64,000 bases of DNA from Balanoglossus misakiensis (Eukaryota; Animalia; Hemichordata), in NCBI GenBank assembly GCA_040954595.2, contig CM082592.2, forward strand, positions 5,488,209 through 5,552,208. Direction: 5' to 3'. The notes under the pieces are model-generated. The model saw nothing but the letters and a program-made list of their open reading frames with translations, searched no databases and was not told where the DNA came from. The position numbers and the translations under genes are program-made. Positions 1 to 10,542 of the stretch are shown one piece after another (positions within the stretch are counted from its first letter, which is position 1; every line of letters begins with the position of its first letter).

Positions 1-266
1 TGTTTCTAAAAACAACCACAAAGTTCTGAACAGGACCGTGTTAAATTTAATAAACACCCTGTTAGGATTTACACACTGTAATTTGTGTACATAGACAAAG
101 GCATATGGCTCATCCAGTCAAAATAGCATCAAGGACACTGGTGCTCCCATTTGGTCGGATCAGGTACATTCAAGTGTGACATCTGCTTCATCCATTTCCA
201 ATACACACCTGATTATACATAAAACCAAACCTGCTCCTTTAATGTGTATAGGGGATTATTTTTTAC

Positions 267-3200
267 CTTTAGGATCTACAGTTCCAATGGTATCAATCCA
301 GACTGGACGACCTTCCCTGTCTTCTCCCACCATTCCACCGGGATAATATTTGTCCATCACCTGTACAAAGACAAAAGGGCGATGATGGAGTCACTATGTC
401 AGCCCGACTGGAAAGTTGGAAGTACTGTCTTCAGTGTACGTGTAAGTCCAAGTATAAGCCCCCAATTAACCACATCCTCTGGTGATCAAAGATAACCAAC
501 TTACCTCAGGGTTCTTGAAATCCTGGACAATCGTGTCCCAGCCATTCTTTTTTCTTGCTTCTATATGCTGAATACGGAAAAAATATATTGGGAAATGTTG
601 TCAGAAGATAGCTTGGGTGCATTTCAAAGTTATTCTGCAGCACTGTCACTCGACTTTTTGGGGCTGAAGGCATCACTAATAAATTTGCCTGTTGAGGTCA
701 TTCCAATTCACAGTTGGTATGCAACGTCGGTTGCAGTATCATTTATGGAGTGCTGGGCAAGACTTACAGGTAATTTGCAGACTTATCCTTATCAAGAATA
801 AATACAATATTTCTGCTGCTAGTTTTCCTCTCAGTAAGCTATCTAAAGCAAGTTTCCAAATGAAAATATCACGAGGAGTCTACTTACATTGCGCAGCATT
901 GTCTCGGCCTTACCAATGTCATAACCTCTGGCTAAAAATGGAGAGATATACACAGAGAGACAGATCACTACATACATTTTGAACCAGGTGAGAACAGAGA
1001 AACATGCAAATCTGACATGGTCTGATTTACATGCAGTTGAGCTGATTGGAAGGTTTATACATAGACATAATCTTACCTCTAAGCCATCTTGTGAGAAAAT
1101 GGTCGTCATGTTCTGGTTTGGTACACACATCCTTCACCTTTTCTCTGAACTGAAATCAGAAAGACAGTACAAAACAAAAGTTATTACCCTCTGCGATCTG
1201 CAAAATTCAGGAGTGAAAATGGTGACCACAGTTTTACCTGTAGTCAATTTCACCATGGTGATCCATGGGAAAAAATTGTGTCTAAGGGCCCTGGGTGGGA
1301 AAATTGATGTCAATTTAAATTAATTCAATTTTATTAATAACTACATATATTTACTTATATATTCATTGATTACACTACCAGTGCTTTACCACAAACTACA
1401 TACATTAATTTTTAAAAGTCAGTTTAAATTTAACAGATGTGAAATAAGGGGGTATGTAGGGCACATTATTTTAAATATCACTAATTTGTTTCAATCAACA
1501 GGAGTATAAAATGTAGAGAGACTGTTACCCCCTCCCAACACTAGGTTATTACACAGTATCTCCTGCAGTCATTGCCTGGTTACAGGCCTCCAGTATGGCA
1601 TATGCTATTAACACACTTCCTGGACGAAAATTTATAATATCATATCTCCGGATACCATATAGCCATATCAATAATATTTTCCCCGATCGTGATGTATTTA
1701 TGTCAACAATAAATGTCACTCATCCCCTTGATGCTATTGAATGCACCAGTTCTCCACAAAATTATTTGACCACAAATTTGTCACCCGGCAGTGTCAGAAC
1801 ACACTGCGAATATCGCAGGGGGTGGCGGCCTCAATGGCAAACAGAATTTTTAATTCTCGCGACAGCCGTGTTTAGAAGCACTGCTGCCCTGCCAAATCTA
1901 AATCATGCATAAAACGCGACCCCAAAGTTTGTTGCCCTGTTAGGCAGCTCTGCGGCTTAAATCTGCTCCTTGGACAGTGATGTTTGGAACTGAGAGGTCG
2001 GAGATAAAGCCTGTATGTTATCTCCTGTAGCTGGCATCAATGAGATCAAAAAGCTAACACCGGCGAGATAAAAATAGGCCCTGTGAATGGGTTGTTAGTG
2101 CCCAGTGCAAGGACTAACATTGATCAATTATATCATGCGACCACCTTTGGAATGACCCGGACAAGTCTGGAATATCCCAGGGTGTGGCAAGTTAGAACTG
2201 GAAAATAAATCGATGGCAAGGTAAAGAAAAAAAAATGTTTTTGGTCACTGAATGCATCACTTGGTACAGCTCACATCACATTTTTTTAGGTATATATGAA
2301 ATCACATTTTTTGAGATATTTATGAAAACAAGATGGTTTCTTCTTTGTTTCCTCACACACATCAAGATATCAAAAAATTTAAAGGTTTGGAAAACTATCA
2401 TCTTTCGGAAAATTTGACCTATGCACGCCTGCGATTGTATGTCCCCTGTGATGACCTGTGCCCTAGCTGATGCTTGGATGTTTGTACCAAACTGGTTCAC
2501 AGCAGACAAAGCTGAGGTGCCACGATCAAGAGATAACTCTGCATCATTTACAATTCATTGATCAACTGTATCATCAGAGAGCAACACTGAATGACCTTGT
2601 CAGACATCTCCCTGCGCATCTCCCTGGCACCTCAGGAATTGGACCAGAAAAATGCCAGACCAGAAAAGTGACCTGCATCTGACAGTCTGTTAATATCACC
2701 ATTCCCCTTAGGCTCTCCACCCCCCCCCCCCCACATCACTGAATTCTTTCTGTTGGGAAATGTTGCTTCTTATTATACTTTTGCAAATTAAAAAACAACG
2801 TGGAATGCAAGGTGTGACATTTTTTATCGCGATAGTGCAATTATGTACTGGCTAGATAATAAGAAGCAACTGTTAGCCTAGATGCAATCCCCACATGCAT
2901 GTACATATATCACATTTAAATACATTGAATGTATAGTTACATTTGCTATGTACGTAGTTTAAAGGTACAAGACACCCACAATTTACATATGTCCATATAT
3001 GGTGGCGCTATTTTATTTCGCGTGTGCCACCCACTGAAAATCTACGATTAGCTAAATCTCAATTTACCATAGTAACACTAGCTAAATTTCCATAGGTGAC
3101 AGATAATACCTTTAATTTAATAGACTTAATTGTCTCTTTAAATTGTTACAAAAATGATAAAGAGGTCACAAAACTATTTAAAATTCTGCAGGCGTTACTT

Positions 3201-3533
3201 GAACCCCGCCCCTCGACAACCACACCACTTTAATTTACACATTTTTTTCAAAATAGGATGAATTATATAATTTATTAGAATAGATAGTTTAAGAAAATTC
3301 ACGCACTCATTATAAATGCACGGGAAACACCTGTAATTTCGCTCTTTCTGAGGAGGGGACACTTTATGAGATGACTGCAGACCAGAAAATCTATATATCG
3401 CGCTTCTCGATGGGAGTGGTATATTCAGGATCCCAAGACACACTGCATTGCTCAGTGTAGTAGTGGGGGATGCACTTACCTCCTTCAACTTTTCTTCCTG
3501 TTTGGGACTCAGATCGCCCATGAACCCGCTCAT
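267..3533 (-). CDS. SEC14L2: SEC14-like protein 2/3/4 family (CRAL-TRIO lipid-binding protein); first five coding exons, gene continues off the left edge
   Basis: Exons 3533-3480, 1149-1077, 931-888, 567-505, 360-267 with GT-AG ends and compatible phases translate [109 protein letters not shown]. This matches the recalled SEC14L2 N-terminus (MSGRVGDLSP...DDYFLLRWLRARSFDL...GGMCGYD.DGCPVW). Paralogue number uncertain. Confidence 0.9.
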
Positions 3534-4039
3534 CGTTGTTTCGATAGGAGGCTTGTTTGACCGTGAAGTGAGGAACAGAATCAACTACACGCGATCAGCA
3601 ACGGCGACTGTTACCGGACTGGCAGTTCTCGGGTCACTGATTTCGGTACTTCGGTCGGCGATTCGCTGTAAGAGATAACCGCGAGTTGCAAAGTTCGCGT
3701 TGTTCAGAGGGGAAATGTCAGCATCATCATGACCGAGCGAGTGTCTCGAGATATCACGCGATGAGGCTGATGAATCGCGTTTCGTTCAGTTATTATAACC
3801 AGGCCGTGATACACGCGACAGTAAAAGTTCAATATTTAACTTCGGCAGCGGAGCACCAGTAGTGCCAAAGTCCGGTAACCACAGTTAATTAGGAAGCGTT
3901 GCTCATCTCCTGGTAACAGATACCAACATGACATCCATGTAAATATGTGCGCCCTCACAGCTGATCGACGCGCGCGACATTCCCGCCGCTGGCTGCGCTG
4001 TAGCGACCCGCGCGCTCTGACCTCTGACCCCAACTCGTA
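3534..4039. promoter_or_regulatory. Bidirectional CpG-rich promoter shared by SEC14L and ACADS
   Basis: Divergent start codons 506 bp apart (3533 on -, 4040 on +); visibly CpG-dense relative to the flanking introns; DR1 element TGACCTcTGACCC at 4018-4030. Confidence 0.75.
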
Positions 4040-7000
4040 ATGGCTGCCCTACGGACCGGTTGCTCGTTCGTTCTCAGAAATGCTGTTGCTGTTGCCAAGC
4101 GGACTTCAGGTACAGCACACCCCTTTTGCTTCTTCAGTATTCATATTGTCAATATTCTCATTTATGCAATAATTTTAATAGCCGTAATGTTATTACTAAA
4201 GTGACGCACTGCAGAATATATCCGACTATTATGCCATATTGGGATCCTTGCTACACACAGACCAAAGGCAAACGATTCATTTCATTTCCAACTGACTTTA
4301 GCCTGATAAATATAAGAGACTCTTATATTTATCAGAAATGAATCGTTTGCCTTTGACACAGACGATTGTTAGTCGGAGAGAATATTTTTGCCATTTGGTG
4401 TGAAGCCTGAATCAAATATTGACCTTTGTACGCAGTATTACATAAAATTGTACGATTATTCACAATGAATGTTGACTTTACATAAAGTGTATTATCGGGG
4501 GGGGGGGGGGGGGGGGGTTAAAGTCGTGTGCACTATGTTAACCAGTTCCCATTTACAGACACAGCAATTGAGCTACAATCCAGCTGGTGAAACTGCAAAT
4601 GTGTAGATTGAGGTTTTTCCTATGATATTGTAGCCCTGGCTTGGTGGGCTGGGTCGTGCGATTTGGGGGTAGCAGCAGAGGTGGGGAAAAATAACATTTT
4701 CCATCCAGGTTACAAAACACATCACTGATATTTATACTGATGATTAAAAATCGTTATATTGGCATTTTGTTGGTATGAGTTTTAACAATTAAAATTCTGA
4801 TTTTGAACAGCAGCATGCAGGGGACAGAGGTCAACACACACATTGGTAGATTTGCCCGAAACACACCAGATGCTGAGGAAGACTTGTCGAGACTTTGCTG
4901 ACAATGAATTAAAGCCAATTGCTGGAATGCTTGATAAAGAGCACAGGTATCCCGCCGAACAGGTGAGTCCATGGATTTTTGTGACAAAAACACAGCAGAC
5001 TATATATGTATGTCATGCAAAGGATTATTAAAAAAAATGGGAGTTTGAAAAACGTTGGGATTTTCCTCCAACATCGTCAGGGCGAATCTGACTGTTATTG
5101 TGTGATGACCCCATTACTATGTGTCACATGATACGTGCGTTTGAACACAGCTGAATTTGACTACCAAATGTGTGTTGATTGCGCCAATAACAGGTGAAGA
5201 AAATGGGTGAGCTGGGCCTGATGGCTATCACCGTACCAGAAGAACACGGGGGAACCGGCCTGGACTACCTGGCATACGCCATTGCAATGGAGGAAATCAG
5301 TCGGGGCTGCGCATCCTGTGGTGTGGTCATGAGTGTCAATAATGTAAGTAATCTGACCAGTCTCGGTATGTGTGTAGTAGCACAAGTGTTTTTCCTCCAA
5401 TTAGCTTAGCACATTTTTTATTTACACTCCTTTGAGTAAAAAAACTTAAAATCGTGCATTTTTAGCAAAAACGAGAAAGAGAACAAAAATTTTGGAAAAT
5501 AAACCAGATTTTCATAAACTTCAAGTATAGAGCTAACAGAAAATATATAATATGTTGGTGGGAAACATGAAATATAACGAGAAAAAATCGATTAAAAACA
5601 AGTGTCATAAAACCTGCATCTCATCCTTAAGGATAAAATACTCTCCTTGAAGTAAGTCAACAGACAACATTTCTTTGAATTTGTGGAGATTCTAATACCG
5701 ATGTGTGAATATTACCACAGTAGGCCAAACTGATTGATATGCCATAACTCTGATGTCTGCGGTGGGTTTGTTGACCAACACATTTTTTGTTTTTATTCTG
5801 AAGAGTCTCTATATCGGTCCAATCATGGATTTTGGTAATGAAGCGCAAATAGAGAAATACGTGAGACCATTTGTGAACGGTGACAGGGTCGGCTGCTTTG
5901 GCCTCAGTGAACCAGGTAGGTGAACGAATGCAGTTGTGACAGCAAACAACAAAAGAATGTACACACAGCTATGCATTCTAGGCAGGGTGGATTGAGTCAT
6001 ATTCCACTGAGTAACATTTTCACAGCTGCTAGCTTTTTTGCTCATACTGTCACAGGCAGTTTGTACCGGCTGCTAATGTTGAAAGAGATAAAGGATCTGG
6101 TTCACTTAGTGGACACGACTATACCCCCTGGGCGATACCATTATTTTTTAGGGTTAGGGTTAGGAGGCTTAGGGTTAAACTCACCGTCACATTGCCACCC
6201 CTAACCCTCCTAACCCTAACTCACCCTCATAGCCACCCCTCGCCCCCTAAACAATAATGGTATCGCCCAGGGGGTATAGTCATGTCCACTAAGTGAACCA
6301 GATCCGAGATAAATAGTAACCCTTGCTGCTGAATTCATGGCGACTTGTCCAGGTCCTACGCGCCTCCACACGAAGTACAGAGAAAGTCATTTTTGTCTCC
6401 CCAGGCAACGGTAGTGATGCGGGCGCGGCATCCACGAAAGCCACTCTGGACGGCAGCGGCGAGTGGACACTGAATGGAACCAAGGCGTGGATTACAAATG
6501 GATACGAAGCGGAAGGAGCGGTCGTCTTTGCCACAACAGACAAGGCGCTGAAACACAAGGTGATTGTCGCTGTTATTTATTTTTATTTTATTTGGCTATA
6601 TATTGGACTAAATCTGTTCACAGATCTCTTATTAAACATTTAGAACACTATATATGATATTTTGGCACGAAAAATTCTTTTGTCTCACTTTATGTGATAG
6701 GCAGTGCTCGTCTGCATTTTCTCTGCCTGAAATACAGTTAGTCAGTTTCAATCTGTAAACGTGTTCCCTGCAGTCTAAATACTAGCCGGCCACTAGTCAA
6801 AACTAGTCAAAACACTTGTCTCAACTCAGTGACTGGCTGTTAATGCCATTTTGGTATGTATATATACCATGGCACCTAAGTTCATCACCTTATGGAATCA
6901 GTTGCATCTGTATGTTATTGAAATGGAACCTGAAACGAATCATATCTGCCAGCTTCATTTGATCCAATTCCAGTGTATTATCCTCTGCCTCCGTTCATTT

Positions 7001-9230
7001 CATGCGTTTGTGTTTCATCACGCCACCAGGGAATAAGTGCGTTTATCATTCCGAAGCCTCTGGAAGGATTGTCTCTGGGCAAGAAAGAGGACAAACTCGG
7101 CATAAGGGCCTCGTCAACCACGTACCTGATCTTCGAAGACGCCAAAATTCCCAGGGAGAATCTGCTTGGGGAGCTGGGACAGGGTTTCAAGATCGCCATG
7201 GTGAGTGGGGGTTGGGATTACCGTCATTCCGTCGTTCGAGGGTGTCAACTTTGGACGTTTTGGTTTTGATAGCTTTCATCTCAACTGAAGAAATTCATGG
7301 TACAATCAAACGTGTGTTAGTGGTCACCTGTGTATAGCGAACATTTGTCTATATTGGCCAGTTTGTTACAGTTCCTGTGCGATTAACCTGTACATTTATT
7401 GACCTGTTTCTAAAGGCCACCTGCCTGTGAAGGCCAGTTTAGTAAAGTCCCTTGACTAGCAACTACAGACAGGTTTGACTCTACAATATGACAATGAAAC
7501 CTGTCTGATCCGAACCCTGCATGGTCTTGAAACCTGTTTCAACTGAATAAAGTCCCCTTTGCATTGAAGAGCATGTTAAGGCAATATGTGCTTCAAAAAG
7601 TCTCATATTTTGCTCAAGACAACTTTAGACTGCTATTGAAATTGGACTTTTTTAAATCAGACCCCAAAGTGTGCAGTATCTTAAAATGAAACTTATTTCT
7701 TATCAGATGACGTTAGATGCCGGCAGGATAGGAGTTGCAGGACAAGCTTTGGGTATCGCACAAGTAAGTACCACCCTGTAGTTAAATCTGTGTTGTTGGA
7801 CAAGAAATGGTTGTTATGTACTGTAAAATGTGAAATTTTTGCGATAACAAAAAAGGCAACTATTACGCGACTACTAATTTTCGCATTCTAGTATTTCACT
7901 GCATCGTTATCTCCGAAAAACATTTTTTACGCGACTTTTTTTTTTTTTTTTGCATTTTGGAGGCTCACATGTAGTTTGCGAAACTTTCCCGTTTTAAAGT
8001 GTATATTTCTGCGTCCTTGTTTCAGGCCGCGCTAGACTGTGCCGCAGAGTATTCCCTGAAGAGGGAAGCTTTCGGAAAACCCATCGCTAAACTCCAAGCA
8101 GTACAGTTGAAGCTGGCCGAGATGGAATTGCAGCTGGAAAGTGCCCGTCTCTTGACGTGGAAGGCAGCCATGTTGAAAGACAGTGACAGACCCTACACTA
8201 AGGTGAGTGAAGTATTTTAGAGTTTGTAGGTGTCTTTGTGGAGCTAAGTTTTCGACAGAGCAAGCCCAGTGAATAATTTGTCTAATAAATTGCAATGTTG
8301 AAATTTAATTGCACTGTGTATGTATGTATTTTTGTGAGCGTAAAGCGGAGACCAGAATGGGAGAGATAAAAACAAAGTATTGTACATGTAGTCTTAAATC
8401 ATATCAGAGATCATGTGTGTGTGTGTGTGTGTGTGTGAGTGAGAACACAACAACCACTTTAAAAAAATGAAAACAACACAACTGAAAATCAGCTTCAACC
8501 AAAGGCTATCTACCGTCATGTGACCTAAAAACAGACTGTCATGACGGAAATTGACACAAATTTCACGAAAAATTTGCTTAGAACAGTCAATTTTTTTAAG
8601 CACCCATAAAACAGGCATACATTGTTTATATCTAACAGGAAGCGGCGATGGCTAAATTAGCAGCTTCTGAGGCAGCCACAAGAATAGCACACCAGGTAAG
8701 CAGATATATTACCCTTGAATATGTAATTTCATTTTGTATTGTGAGCAAATACTCCAAACCAGAACCAGAATGTGCTATTAATTCATTGTGTATTGTCTCA
8801 AAGAGTATTTCGGTGAGTTTGCATCTTATGTAAGAGAAGATGCCCCATTATGTCAAATTCTGTGCTGGATCTACAACCTGACCTGTTAGCAATCATGTCC
8901 TGCAAAATATTTGTCATGATTTTTTATGGCAATATTTGGAGGGGAGGGGTGAGACTGGACATCTACATGTATATTCATAATAATTTTATATTAGGATGAA
9001 TTGTGTGTGATTCATACAACCCTCTACAAAACTCTCTCTCTCTCTCTCTCCCCCCCCCCTCCTCCCAGTCCATCCAAATTCTGGGTGGAATGGGTTATGT
9101 CACGGATATGCCCGCTGAGAGACACTACCGAGATGCCCGGATCACAGAGATCTACGAAGGAACCAGCGAGATACAGAAACTCGTCATTGCTGGACATGTC
9201 ATCAAACACTATCAACAAATGGCTTGGTAA
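4040..9230 (+). CDS. ACADS: Short-chain specific acyl-CoA dehydrogenase, mitochondrial (about 420 aa, 10 exons)
   Basis: Exons 4040-4109, 4811-4962, 5194-5343, 5804-5915, 6405-6559, 7030-7200, 7707-7763, 8026-8202, 8639-8695, 9069-9230 total 1263 nt and stay open to TAA. Motifs [54 protein letters not shown], catalytic [12 protein letters not shown]. The Arg/Ala-rich N-terminus fits a mitochondrial presequence. Confidence 0.97.
4263..4355. mobile_element. 93-bp MITE with 21-bp TIRs and 8-bp TSD (P/hAT-type TSD length)
   Basis: CAAAGGCAAACGATTCATTTC ... GAAATGAATCGTTTGCCTTTG, flanked by ACACAGAC at 4255-4262 and 4356-4363; internal palindrome CTGATAAATATAAGAG-A-CTCTTATATTTATCAG. Confidence 0.85.
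4497..4517. repeat. poly-G run (21 nt)
   Basis: Read directly; similar G/C runs at about 2720, 25691-25708, 33067 and 55073. Confidence 0.9.
6093..6305. mobile_element. 213-bp MITE with 53-bp TIRs, 8-bp TSD and internal telomere-like TTAGGG/CCCTAA repeats
   Basis: GGATCTGGTTCACTTAGTGGACACGACTATACCCCCTGGGCGATACCATTATT at 6093-6145 is mirrored with one mismatch ending at 6305; GAGATAAA is duplicated at 6085-6092 and 6306-6313. Confidence 0.9.
7301..7483. mobile_element. Degenerate Tc1/mariner/pogo-type MITE
   Basis: Ends TACAATCAAACGTGT ... ACAGGTTTGACTCTA are imperfect inverted repeats bounded by TA; internal GGCCAC/GGCCAG subrepeats. Confidence 0.5.
8414..8436. repeat. (TG)n microsatellite in ACADS intron 8
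   Basis: Read directly. Confidence 0.9.
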
Positions 9231-9826
9231 AACCAGTTGGGAGAGTTCAAAGTTTGCCAACCAAATGGACAACATGTATGTTAGGGTTGTCGCAATCTGG
9301 TGAAAAATTAAAATCGGGTGTAGAGTTAGGCACCGTAAAGCTAGTTGATCAATTGGGCTGTTTTGGTTCTCTCAGTATTGGCTGTTCGATCCCGCAAAGG
9401 TGAAGACAGTACCTAACTCTACATATAATCTGATTTTAATTAGATTGGAGTTGTCGCAACTTTTGTAAATATGCTGTCTCAAATTGACAAATGCAAATTT
9501 AGCTACAGTTACCATGGTGAATTGAGCTCTAATATATTACAGATTTTCAGTGGGTGGCACACGTGAAAAAAAGAGTGCCACCAAACGTTCTGTAGAACAC
9601 TCAAATACGCCATTTCATGTATATATGGCAATATGTAAATGGGAGGTGACCGTATATAATCCTGGGTAAATATATCACACAAGCCACATACCATGCATGC
9701 ATGCACATGTAGACTGTTGGATAAAGGTGAAAAGCTTATACAACTGTCAGTGGCTCATTTTCAGACACGTGTATGTAAATATCATGTACAGCAGTGTAAA
9801 TGAGAGAAGAACACAACAATGCAACA

Positions 9827-10028
9827 TACTGTAAAACGAACGATCAATTTTCACGAACTTCGCAAGAGCCAAAAAAACCACACGATAATATATAGTCGCA
9901 AAAGAACAACGTGTAAAGTAGAAGGTTTTTTGGAGATAATAGAACGTGAAAATTAATCGTTACAAAATAGTCGCCTCTGTTGATATCGCGAACATTTCCT
10001 GTTGCGAAAATTTACCGTTTTACAGTTA
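9827..10028. mobile_element. Degenerate TA-flanked MITE in the ACADS 3' UTR region; related copy at about 7819-8000
   Basis: TACTGTAAAACG ... CGTTTTACAGTTA inverted ends with internal TTTTCGCG/CGCGAAAA-like subrepeats; similar ends TACTGTAAAATG ... CGTTTTAAAGTG in intron 7. Confidence 0.5.
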
Positions 10029-10542
10029 TTTCTGGAGATTTTTACCTTTAGTGCATAATTTTGAGAGGATATTTGTTTCTCAAATTTTAATGGGGCTTTT
10101 GTGCATTTTTATCTTTTTTTTTCAATCGATTTCATGGTTGCTTATTTCATTGAAAGATGTCATTAACAAATAAATTTAACAATGGAAACTCTGTTTGTGA
10201 ATTGAATTCTTGTATCATCATACCATGATTTCCATCACTGAAAGCGAATCCAAAGTTCTTGTAATTTTGCACGCATCGTCAATTTTGTTTGTTATTTTCA
10301 AGGGAAAAATAACAGCCCTCCCCTCTGTTAATTATGTCCAGGCCCTTACGCAGGCAGAATAAAAGAGCAACCCAACACATTTGATTGTTCACTTTATTGA
10401 AACATGAAATCCAAGATGAACGAGCTTGTTTCGAGAAATTAATACATTAAAATTCAATTTATATACAATTATCATGTTACTGTACATTTAATTTCTTTTT
10501 TTAAAATTCAAGCCAATACAACTTTGGATAGATCTGTATATT

